Positions 36,138-48,300 of a stretch of DNA of 64,000 bases are shown here, piece after piece. A model generated the notes under the pieces. The model was given only the letters and a program-made list of their open reading frames with translations. It was not told the DNA's origin and ran no database searches. Both the position numbers and the translations under genes were made by a program. Every line of letters begins with the position of its first letter. Within the stretch, counting starts at the first letter, position 1. Source of the DNA: Oikopleura dioica. Lineage: Eukaryota; Animalia; Chordata. The DNA is taken from contig OU015567.1 in the NCBI GenBank assembly GCA_907165135.1, positions 4,154,001 to 4,218,000 of the forward strand. The letters run 5' to 3'.

Positions 36138-36488
36138 TCAAGATTCGAGAAGCTTCTGAATCTTCCCAGATCTAACTCCAGCGACAGTATCATCCCCTCC
36201 GCCAAAGAACTTTTGATTGATAAAGACTCTTGGTACACTTCTAGCGCCCGTGATTTTCTTCAATTCATCCTGGATCGCGTTCATATCTTCAAACTATTTT
36301 AAACGAAATAACGAGAAAGGAGGCCTACCTGGGTTGGACTCGATTTCGTACGCTTTGAAGTCGATTCCAGCTGACTTGAGTGAGTTTTTCGCATTTGTGC
36401 AGAATGGACAAAAGGTTTTGCTGATGACGACAACTTTGTGCGAGTCGATCGCATTTTTGACGAAGTTTGACGCAGCGCTAGAACTCAT
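36138..36488 (-). CDS. GLRX: Dithiol glutaredoxin (CPFC), 102 aa, 2 exons
   Basis: Exons 36488-36329 and 36286-36138. Motifs KTFCPFC, SVPRVFI and GGGDD. Confidence 0.93.
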
Positions 36489-36786
36489 TATATCAACCCG
36501 ATTCAATTAAACATCAATTTTCATGCAATAATGATCTGTGATTGTTCAAGTTAATTACACTGGATTCCCCGTTTTACTCGTAGCACCACCCATTACCGAA
36601 TCTGTCGCATGTACAACCGCTTCTAAAAAGGACAAGTTAAGCACTTTCAGCGATTCCTGAGAACGCAAGATTACGAGATGAGCCTAAAACAAACGTAAAG
36701 AACATTCTATTGACCCCCGGGCGGTATCGATGAGGGTATTTTAACTCAGGAGGAACTTCCTGAAGTAGAATATTTATAGAGGAAAA

Positions 36787-37289
36787 ATGAAGAGCTATTT
36801 GAATATTTTTGTCTTATTGATCATCGGAAGTGCTCATGCAAAGCAAAACTACTCTTTATCTTGGAGACAGTAAGTTTTAAATATAAAGAGAATCGACCTT
36901 ATTTTGGGTTCTTTATAAACTGAATATCAAAAGGGATCGTGTTCAAAAGTTCGTCAAAGAAGCTATCGAAGAAAACGACGTTGTCGCGTTTACCAAATCA
37001 TACTGTCCTTACAGTCACCGAGCCCGAAAGGCCCTAGCCTCTGCTGGGATAGACTTCAAGCACTACGATATTGACAAGATGCCTGGTAAGTTAAGTACTG
37101 ATGAGTCTTGTTCCAAGATCAATTTTAGACATGAGAATGATTCAAGATGAGCTGCAGCGAATAACTGGAGCTAGAACTGTACCAAGAGTGTTTATTCATC
37201 AAAAATTCTATGGAGGGGGGACCGATACTGCCCAGGGAGTAGCATCTGGAGAAGTTCAGTCTTTAGTTCAAGGTGGAAAAAAAGAGTGA
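36787..37289 (+). CDS. Monothiol glutaredoxin (CPYS) with N-terminal signal peptide, ~131 aa, 3 exons
   Basis: Exons 36787-36869 (MKSYLNIFVLLIIGSAHA), 36934-37085 (KSYCPYS) and 37129-37289 (TVPRVFI..GGGTD). All introns are GT-AG and in phase. Confidence 0.88.
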
Positions 37290-37434
37290 AATAAATTAAC
37301 CGTATAAATGAACAAAACATTTTTGTTAGAAAATCAGATAGATACCGAGATAGGTATGATTTCATCATCTTTTATTAGAAAAAAAGTGCAGGAGACAGTT
37401 GAGATGGACAGTTAATGAGAGCAAAAGAAAAGAA

Positions 37435-39676
37435 TCAGTATTTCGGTCGATGAACTTCTTTTCCTGAAGCCGCATCAGATTGACGCTTCTTGAGGATATT
37501 GTTGATCTTTTGAAAGTCTTGGTCGAGCTTCTGCTTTTCATTTTTGTTGCCTCGGTTCTTGCCTAGCTTGCCCCTATCGACGTTTTTCTGGCCGTACTGG
37601 AACGCAGCTTTTGGTAGGGCTTCTCGTTTGGCCATGTAATCGCCGTATTTTTCTTCGTCTTCGAAGTCGAATCTAAAAGTGACGATGAAAAGTCGAAGTT
37701 GAGCCGTTCTTACCTGGTCATTGGGCCTTTAGTACTCTTTCCAACATCCATTTTTGTAATGTCCGTTTCCTCGTCGGAGTCCATTGTCACCCCTGAGACC
37801 TCGTACTGCATCGAAGGATAGCACTCAGCATACGAGTCAGGAACTTGGTCACCAAAAGAAACTCCGTCTTTCCCAGTTCGATCGACTTTGGTCTTTTTCT
37901 TGTCGTAAGCGCCAGCGAGTTTGGTGATGTCTTTGAGGGAGACAGGTGCATCGACCTAAAGGAAAAATGAAAATCATAAGATGCAAACTAGCTAAGGATC
38001 ACGGTCAAGGGTCTGTGCATTATGAGATTACGATAAATTCCTGGTACCAATTTTCAGGATAATTTTTTGAGGACGAACCGGTAACAAGCAAGCGCTTACA
38101 GCGCCTGTTGGTTCCGTCCAGTTTAAATGAACGAATTTAGAGCAAAAAGAACCCGTTTGAGGGGCTAGACATACCTGCTCGTCCTTTTCGATGTTGTCAA
38201 AGTATTTGGGCTTGTTGGACAAAAGTGGGCTGTTGCTTCTTGATCTCGATCGTCTTCTGCGTTTATCCTTTGACGTGCGCTTTGAACGATCTCTCGATCG
38301 AGAACGTTTTCTATCCCGACGATCTCGTCGATCTCTGGAGCGCGAGCGGGATCGACGACGGGACGATTTTTTCTTTTTCTTTTTTGATTCATCGTCACTT
38401 TTTGGCATTTCCTGAAAATTTATTAATCTAAGGATTCAGATGACAGAAGGTACCTCATCCTCATCGCTGAAAATTTTAAAATCATCAGCTGGTTTCTCGG
38501 TCTTCACATCAACCTTAGACTCTGGCTCTACTTTGTCCAAATCGTAGTCGAGCTTCTTAGTCTTCTTCTTTTTCGTTCCAGTTCGGATGTAGTTCAGAAT
38601 CTGCGTCAGCTTGATGATCACAGCATCGTTGGAGGTCTTGGACAATGTGTCGGACATATCAGGACATTCAGCTTTTGATCGGAGCAGCGTTGTTGGAATA
38701 TCCGATTCGGCGTATTCTTCGTCAAGTTCGAAAACATACGCCATTCTTCCTAGAAATAATCATCAAAAGAAAAGCTTCGAGCTTCGAGTAGCCAACACTT
38801 AAATCGCTCGAATACAGTACCTTCAAGGAAGTTATCAATATTCTTCGGCTTCGAGTTTTCAAACAACACATGATTGATCTTCTTCGCCATCGGATGACGA
38901 ATAGCCATCAAATCTTCCTTATCTCCAAGACGTCTGTCAGACTTCGCTTTTTGCTCTTGCAGAGCTTCTTCAATGGCAGCTTCATCTTCGTCTTTTCGGC
39001 TTTGTTCGGCGCGGATCTTTTGGAGAAGAGCGTAATCGAGACCTTTGACTAAATGGGTATGCGCCAAATCACCACCGAGGAACTTTGACTGCTCAATCAG
39101 CTGTTGTTTCTTGTCTGCAGCGCTGGAAAATGTCGAAGCTAGAAGATCGATTAAATCAAACACGAAAAGTCGCCATCTTACTGAATTTATTCTGGAATTC
39201 GTTGAAGCTCTCGGAGCTGTTTCCATCCCTTCTCTCCGCCGCTCGATCTCTGTACTTCGCTCCCGGTTCAGTTCCAGCTTGAGCTTCCTCATGCTCCCGC
39301 TGCAGCGAACTGTAGATCGCTCGCTTTTCCCGACGCGCGGCTGAAGCAGCGGCTTTCATAAAAGCATCTCCAGGTTTTTTGACACGATCCACCCATCGGG
39401 TGATCTCAGGTTCGGCAATTTCTTCTCGATCCATGTACATTTTTCGGAAGTAATCATTGTCCCTGGGCATGTCTTTTTCGTACTCGCGGCGCTGAGCTCG
39501 ACGCATTTCCCATTCTGTTTCTTTTTTCGCTGCATCTCGCTGAGAATGACTGTAAGAAACGGCTCACGCGATGAGTTTGTGCTCACCTGAATGTCAACAA
39601 GCATTCCACGAGCAGCGAATTTGTCGATGTGCTTGTGCGTCCGAAAATTCGGATCATATTCGACATGGTTCACCAT
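37435..39676 (-). CDS. IK: Protein Red (IK), spliceosomal B-complex SMU1 partner
   Basis: KYRDRAAERRDG, SKFLGGDLAHTHLVKGLDYALL, DIPTTLLRSKAECP, DSYAECYP, EALPKAAFQYG, and terminal RPKY*. The ATG is preceded by ttgtAG (SL-type acceptor). Confidence 0.93.
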
Positions 39677-39741
39677 TTTCTACAAGCAAAGAAAGATTAA
39701 CTTTTTAACATTCTCACGAGTTTTTATTGCACAAACTGAGG

Positions 39742-41980
39742 TCAATTTGAATTGGGAATGGCAGGATCGTAGAAATGGAAATTATAAATTTCTGAACTGT
39801 TTTGTTCGCGAAGTACGCTGATGACGAAGGGTTGATGCGGGTGGAAAATGTAGACAACTTGCGCTATAAATCTAGTTTAATATTTGTAAAAACATCGAAA
39901 CTTACAGTTTTTATGATGTGAAGAGAAGAAGATCGGGTCAATGTCGCCTCCGAGGGCGAAAACTTGACTATTGCAGCATCTAAAATTCGTGAACTTGAGA
40001 TCAAAAGTGTAGAAACAAACCTGCAAAAGAATCTGATCGGCGATTCCGGCAGCTTTCTTGGCTTATAAAAGGAGGAAATGAAAGTATCATCGAAAGAGAA
40101 CAAATCGACGCGCATATACGGACTGGGCGTGTGAACCTGCGGCGGTGGAGGACACTGCCATAGAATGTGCTTGATCGCTTCTGCCCGACTACCGTACTTG
40201 GCCTTCTCCAATTGAGCTTTGTACTTTTCACGGGCGGATTTTGAATGAATCGTGCAGGTTCGAAGCAACTTGTATTTTGATGGTTGGCTTTGGAATTCCA
40301 TCGTGTGTTGGAAATCAATCATCACTTTGTAGAAGCTTTCGGATATGTTTTCTTTGAGGGTTGATTATTTTGAAATTTTTATTCTCCGTTTTAACGTAGC
40401 TAACTTCCGTCGACATAAGTTTTCAGAAACATTTGATCAATCACTAGTTGAATTTTGAATTAATAAAATTAGAGCATATACGGATATTATGGTGTCTTAA
40501 AAACAATATTTCACGCCAAAATTAAACAACCCTAGTTCCTGTAATTCCAAGAATCTCGCCAGAGCTTATCTCAAACATAACAAAAAGCGCGACACGAGAC
40601 GGAAGCTGACTTCTCAATTGAGGATTGCTTACTGGACTGACGGCTTCCAAAATCGTCTTTTCCGCAGCGAGTTTGATCAGAAACGTATCATCGTCGACGA
40701 GATGGATTCGCCAGATCTTCAAGTGGCGTAAGAAGGAAAATTGAGACCAGAACTTTTCGTGAGGCAGATTTTTGAAGAGAAACGTCAAGAGTTTTTGTTT
40801 GAAGCTTTTTTGGGGTAGAAAATGATCGAAAAAGAACTGGAAAAGGAGTTCAAAAGCCCCTTTCGGCTTTGAAGAAGCAGCAAAAATTTAGTCATTTTTC
40901 GATAATTTCATCCCTTTCCTTGTCAAAACCGGTGATTTCCCGAGCGTCTCCCTGAAGTCTCTTCTATATTCTGGATGCATTCTGAGCAGTTCAAAGTCTC
41001 CTGGATAGATGACTGCTCCAATTTGTCCGTTCTTGACGACTCGGCCATCCGGAGTGATTTTAAAGAGGTAAATTTGTTGTTGATGAAGGCCGAGAATCGC
41101 GAGATTGTCGTTGTGGACAGTGACTCCTTGATTGTTGTAAAGAACGACGAATTCGTGGCGCATTTCGAAGTAGTCAGACACCACCTGAAAGCGTTTCTTT
41201 ATTGGCTTCTTTCTTTGAGGACGTTCTTACCCTCAATTTATCCTGATAATCTAACAGGTGAAAAGTATAGTGCTCGTGTTTGATACTTCTAGCGTCGTGA
41301 GGCGATCCAATCGTCTCGTTCGAGTATTGAAAGTCTCGGAGATCCATTCCTTCTGTCATATCGTGTTGCTCGAAACTGGCGACGAGGAGAAATCGACCGA
41401 CGAAGAGGGAGAATTCGCGGTAGATTCGCTTGTTCCCATCGCGAAGGAGATTGTAAGTGTGGACGTGTTGGAAGGCTTTGGAGAAGGACTCGGATCGGAG
41501 CTTCGAAAAAGTGTGTTCCAGTCGAATGTTTCTGAAAAAAGAGGTCAAAAGAAGCCGACAAAGCTGCTGCTACCTGGTTCTATCATGAATCGGCGGCTGC
41601 CCTTCAAACTTCTCCTTTTCATCCCGAAATTTCTGCCTCGTTTTGACCACACTGTCGCTTCCCTTGAATCTGAACAGTTCCACCGAATGGTCCCCCAAAG
41701 CAATCATATATTTTCCGCAGGGACTGAAGCGTTTTGGCGAGCAGTTCTGAGGCACGATGATTTTTGTGAGACTTCCATTTATCGGAATATTCTGCGCGAA
41801 ATTTGCGGTTGGAATTTTTCTACCGATTGAACGATTTCGTAATCGCCGGACAAGGCAGTGGTGATTATTCGCATTCTGAAAGAAAAATTAAGATTATTTT
41901 TTTTCGAAAAATCTAGAGCTTACGATTTTTCTGTTTTTGTCGATAATAGACTGAATCTCTGGTGACAACTTCTTTTCCAT
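39742..41980 (-). CDS. DET1: DET1 homolog (COP1/DDB1 E3 ligase partner)
   Basis: RFSPCGKY, REFSLF, YNNQGVTVHNDNLAILGLHQQQI, LKIWRIHLVDD, KYGSRAEA, SPYMRVDLFSFDD, and C-terminal FHPHQPFVISV..NFH. Confidence 0.92.
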
Positions 41981-42301
41981 TTTTCATTCTTCGAAAATCT
42001 CTACTTTATTGGTTTTTCTCGGTCATGAAAATTTCTCGTTTCGCTGGAGGAAACGGCGCGCGCTCTAATTGGTCAGCCGCCTGGATGATGGATCGGTCGA
42101 GGAAGAAGATTAATTGAGAATGAAAGATTGAGAAAGTTATTTATTTGATCACAGGTGAAGGGTCAATTCATGCAGACTGTAAACAAAGTTTTTGACAAGA
42201 TAAGAATCTTCTTCATATGTAAAATAGAGAATATTATATCAGCCCAATAATACGGCTTACCGGACGAAATTTCGGTCACTTTTTATTTTAAATAATTTAT
42301 T

Positions 42302-45300
42302 TCAGTAAAGAGGCTTGCAAACGTTCTCGCAATTCCAAGTACAAGTATCAACATCAAAGACGCCAGTTTCAGGGCAAGAATTGTGACAGTTTCTGTCACA
42401 GAAAGTAAGAATTTCGCGGTCTTTGCACATTTTTATTGAGCAAGAATTTCCATCTCGAACCATTGATCCGCCATCGAAATGAAGTCTTTCAAGATATCCA
42501 TTTGTCTCGTGTTCGATGTAGCAACGGGAAGAAAGAACTTAATTTTCAATCATTTTTAGTTTTGATTTTTACGAAACCTGGAATAAAGAGCTCGCCGATG
42601 AGATCCGGATTCTGGTTCTGGCAAAATATTCTTTGAATGAATTCATTCGCTTCATGAATTTTCTTCATCTCGAAGTCCGAGAAGCTGATAGGTCTTTGGC
42701 TGTCGACAAGATTCAGTTGATCCTCATTGTTGAAAATCCAGACTGCGTTCTTCAGTGGAGCTGGGTTTTGGCGGCCATTGTTTGTTGGACTTAAATTTTG
42801 TTGCCTGTTTTTTCGGGATGAAAGATACCTGGAGCTGATCATGATAACCGAGAACTCGTTGTCCTTTCTCTCCATCGCAAAAATCTGGTTGAAAACCATG
42901 TGACTTTGGACAAGACCAGATCTACTCTGCTCTAGAATCACGTTCAAATGCTCCTTGACATCGTTGAAATCCGTGAAAGTCTGGACATAATCGATTGAAA
43001 TTCCTTTTCGAGTCCCCTGGATGATGGAGAGTTTCATCCTCAATCTCAAGGGCATAAGGGCTGTTTTACTGGTTAAAAATTGGATAAAAAATTACGATTT
43101 TTATCAAAGAAAACCAGTTCCTTGATGAGCTTCAGCAAACTCGTAGATGACGTCTTGATAGTACGACCTTGAGGCTTCCTGGATATTGTTCGATATGTCA
43201 ATGTAGAAGTGAACTACAGCATCGTCGATTTCACAGGGTGGTAGGATTGTCTGAGATGAACAAACAGCGCTTGGGACGATAGCGCCTGTCACATGAATGA
43301 TGTCTTCGTGGATTTTAACGACGGCGGAATTGATCTTGTTTCTGTCATCGTCAGCTAAAAATATCTTTGAGAGAAGGTCTTTTAGGACCTCAGATTCTTT
43401 CATTTGAATATTATATAAGAGAGGTATCACTCTTATAAGGCAAAAAAAAAACAGAAAATATTTATTTATTGACAAATTTATGGTTTTTCATATAGTCGTA
43501 AATGTAGACTCTACATGATATAGAAAGCTTACCTGGTAAGCTCATCGTCGCATCTCCATTAAAACCACTGTCGATTTTCTTGACAAAATCAATCAATTCT
43601 TGCGCCTCAAACTCGTCCATTCCGACTGTGATAAGCTGAATCGGGCTTTCTCCCAACGTTCTTGCAGCGCCTCCAGCATGAGAATGGGACACGACCGATG
43701 GAACTTCGCCGACAAAAGCGTAGATTTTTGAGGGAACTTCTAAAGTGAGTTGGTCGGTTTTTACTCGAGCAAGAGCGGTCTTTTCGGGGGCTCAAAATTT
43801 AAGGACCGTAAAATCATTTAATTATTGATGCTTTTATATATTTTAGAACCGATTTTTACGGATGAAAGAAATATTTCCTTAGGTTAAAAATCTTCAGCTC
43901 AAAAATTAGGAGCCCTGTTCTTGAGTGGAAAATTCTGATCATCAAAAGACGAAACCTTGATTTTAACGGATTCCGAGAAGGTCGCATTCAGATTGTTCAT
44001 ATACTCCTCTAGAACTTTCGCATGATCAATATGCTTATCTACCATGACATAAATCACTCCTGCTCCTTCTATCGTCTGCGGCAAATTCGGCATGATGACC
44101 GGCTCAGCTAGTATCGTCTGTTTTTCCCGAAGAACTTGGCAGATGAGGGATGAGACGGTGCATGAAAAATGCTCGATTGATTCGATGTTGAAATGCCAGG
44201 CGCCGGAATCGCGGTAGTCGAAATCCTTGCCTTCGATTTCGATAAAACCAACGAAAACACTTTTATGACGGTTAGTTGTAAAATTAAATTTGAACTTCTC
44301 GTTAATTTTATGTTTTCATTAATGAGATTGAGGAAGAGATGACACCTTCTTCTAAGATTGCGAAGCAATTCGGTGATGTTTTTATCGATGATTTTGATTA
44401 TAGAACTCCCCGATGAAGACATCTTAGTTCCTCGAAAATCGCCTCAACAAACTGCCCGAAAGTTAGTTTTCAAGAACGAGCAGAGAAAAATTGTTGAAGA
44501 AAATCCGGATTTACAATTCCTTCAGAAAAGCTATCAATTCACGAAGAATTTTCAAGTTGAGGTTTTGTTTCTCTCCTTTCTAATTATGTCGGTCCTGCTT
44601 AACTTCTATCTGATCGCTCTCAAAATTATCAAAAAGAAGGTTATCGGGGTAATTAAATTTGTTGACATTTTTTCTTTGAGAAAGACTCACGAAGCAATCG
44701 AAAATAATCTGCTGAAAAGAATCTTAACCTTTCCTGTCACTCATTTTCGCACTTGTCATGAAATCATTAAATCTCGGGCCCGCATCCCAACCATCCTCGA
44801 AGTTGATTGCTTCTGGGAAAATCAAGATGATTTTAGTCTGGTCCTTCATTTCCGCAAGCTTTTCGAATCCTTTTTATTCAAGGCTCAATATCATCTATTA
44901 TTATTTTTTCCAAAGTATAAGGCTTCGAGGGAAGTCTAGAGCGGCTCAAGTAGAGCCTTTCCTGGAATCTCTTTATCATCATCTGCTTCTCTTCGACGCC
45001 TGTAAGCATAATAATCATCAGTAGCTATAAAATCAGTTTGATCATAAGCATCTCCATATGCATCTTGATAGGAGTTTCCATAGTCTCCAAGGGAAACAGG
45101 CTCATTTTCGAATCTTCCCTCCAGGATATCAGCTCTTTTCTGGACGTCGTAAAACAGCTCTCTTGGGATTTCAGAGTAGTTGATTGAAAATCCGGATGCA
45201 AAAAGAGCCGCGACTTCTTGAGGCGTTTGTCGGATGAAAATTACTTTTTCGTTGATGACGAGTGTGAGGGTGACGCCCTCGTTTTTGTGGTCGAGTGCAG

Positions 45301-48300
45301 TTGTGAAAATGATGGTGTTTTGGACAATCTCTTCAAGTTCTTCATCAGTTCGGCGATTGGCATGGATGTAGATAAGGACATTGACGATTTGGGAGTCGGA
45401 TTCGACAATGGTTTTGCAGACAGTTCCGTGCGACTTTGGACGCATGCAGATCGGAGTGTTCAGAACCTTGGTTTCGATTGTTGTTTGAATTGAAACCGGG
45501 GTAGTTGTTCTCGGAGCTGTCGAGGGCGAGTTCGATGTTGTTGCTTCTTCCGGACAAAGATGAGCGGCAAAAGAACAGTGCAGACTTTTTCGCGTTTCAT
45601 GAAATTTCATGATTTCATAATAAAAGTTATGTAATAAAAAATCGGGTCATTGACCCAAAGATTTTCGAGAAAATATTTCATAATGATTATTTAATATCCA
45701 AATTGACGCAGTTCCAGATTCACTGTCCAATATTTTTTCCATGATCTTGTCAAGATAAGTCTATCTGAGCACTCTTACAACCAACAAAGGCTATGGAATT
45801 CTTGACAGCACATGTTTGAGGGACAAACTTCAGTTTGGTACTATAAGCTGCTCGACTCGCGCTCGAAATCAAAGAGAGTTTTGTCAACAGAAAATTATTG
45901 ACCTATTTTGACTTGCGATCATGGCGAAACCGCGTGTTCGATTTTTGGAACATGTGGCCTTCATTTCTGCTCCAGACTATAAGCGAAAAATTAAGGTTTG
46001 TTTCATAAAAAAATGAAAATAATTTATTCCTCAGGTGCCTTGGGACAATTTGACCAACGAAGAAAAATGCATCGCGAAACTAGAACTCAACTTTTTCAAA
46101 GCCACCGAAATGATTGTTCACCCGAAGAGTCAGTCGAATACGTCTATGATCTTCATCGAACCCGCAGTCCTCCAAAAAATGGCGAAATTCAAGAAGAAAT
46201 ACAAGCAAATGATTCAACAACTACCCGTTTCTACTCCATGATTTTTTGCGGTTAAAAATTGGCCAAAAAGATATAAAAGTATAAATTCTTTCTAGAAAGA
46301 ATTTCATACAGTTACTCGACACAGTTAACTGCGAAAGTGTCACTCCCACGTGCTTTTTACGGGCGACTTGGGTCAAACATATTTGCATGTCAATAAAAAT
46401 TTCTAAACATCAAAACGCGTTCCTTTCACTATCCTCTGGCTCAAGAATGATCGCATATTGCTCGATTTCTTCTTTCACATTATCGTTCAAACTTTCATCA
46501 GGAACGAAAATTGCTACAGTAGAATTTTCGTCGACAGATCTTCGTTTTCTATAATAATAATAGTCGTCCGAAGCGTCTTTTCCTGACACATAATCGTCAT
46601 AATCTGGAGTTGGCGCTAGAATCTTTGTTGGATCGACACCTTCAAAGGAAAGAGCCTTCAATTCTTCAACAAGTGTTTTCGCTAATTCGTCGGAAATTGT
46701 CCCGTTGAATACAAGATCTTCGTTGAAATACAGAGCGAGATTTTCAAGCGACAATTCTGTTTTCAATACTGATTGAAGAAGAGCTTCGAGTTTTGCAGAA
46801 TAGTCTGTTGTTTCAAGAACTTCAATGATCAGGGTCATCGACACTGACCCACTTTCCACCGCGCAGGAATCGTATTTGATTTCACATGAATCGAAGAACG
46901 CTGGTGCTTCCGTTGAACTCGTTTTTGAAGTTGTTAAGTCAACAGGATCCATTCCAGAGCTTTCAACATCGTCACCAGAGCTTTGATAGTCTCCAGAGCC
47001 GCTTCCGCTGCCGTCGCCACTCCCACTTCCAGACAGTTCTTGTTCGAACTCCTGGCAGAAAAACTCTTTGATTTTGCATGGGAGGCCGTTCGAGATCTTG
47101 ACTTCCTTTGATCGTGAGTCACTTCCTTGACTGAGAGTCAAGACGTTCGAAGAAACTTTACTGTCTCGTAGACTGTTCATGAATTCCTCAGTTTTGATTT
47201 CCTTGGCTTTGACCAGCAAGGAAAGACCTTTGATGTCTTCCATGACAGTTATTCCGTTGACCTTCATTGTGACTGAATAAAGATTGGACCCATTGTCGTA
47301 CCCTAGAATGGTTGAAACAAGATAGTCAATCTGGCGTTCGAATTTAATGAAGTTTTCCTTGATGTTCCAGATTTCTATCAAAACTGATGTCGCGGAGGCA
47401 TTATCGCAAAAAGCTGAGCCTGATGATTCTGGTGAAATGCATGGGAATCGGTAAAGTGTATAAATAGAAAAAGTTGGGTCGTTGATTTGGAAGAAGTTTG
47501 CGACTGTTGTCGTTGTTGTTTTTCGTGATGGCGCTTTCGGCAGTGTGGTGGTTGATATGTTTGAAGAAGTTGTGTTAGTGGTGCTTTTTCTGCTCGTCGT
47601 GGAAGTGGACGATGTTGTCGAGGTAGTTGTTGTCGAAGTCGTGGTAGTTGTGGTAGATGTAGTTGTAGTCGTTGTCGTACTTGTTGTCGTACTTGTTGTA
47701 GTTGTTGTTGTAGTCGTAGTAGTGGTAGTTTTCGTAGATGTAGTTGTAGTAGTTGTTGTCGTACTTGTTGTTGTCGTTTTTGTAGTTGTAGTAATGGTCA
47801 TTGAGGCTGTTGTTGTAGTGGTTGAAGAAGTGGTGGTTGTCGTTGTTGTAGTTGTTGTGGTAGTTGTAGTTGTAGTCGTAGTCGTAGTTGTAGTTGTAGT
47901 TGTGGTGGTTGTTGTCGATGTGGTCGTCGTTGTCGTTGTCGTTGTCGTGGTGGTTGTCGTCGTAGTAGTTGTAACAATACAAAATTGCGAGAATTCATCA
48001 TCGTCAATAGACAGTATCTTACAAATACTATCAACAGTTGAATCATCAGCAGCGCTTCTCCGTTTTCGTGTGCCATAAAAGTCTGAACCATATGTCGAGT
48101 CATAATTTTCGTTTGAATTGTAAAAGTCCCCATCGTCTGCACTTGTTGCGTAGAAGCCATATGCATCAGATGCAACTTGCACTGTTGGCGACTTCTTGAG
48201 AACAAATCGGTCGAACTCGGATGGAATCTGGTCATTTTCTGAAGCGAGGATGAAATATCTTGGCTCCGGATCTGCCTCGCAAATGAGCTTTTCCAGCTCT

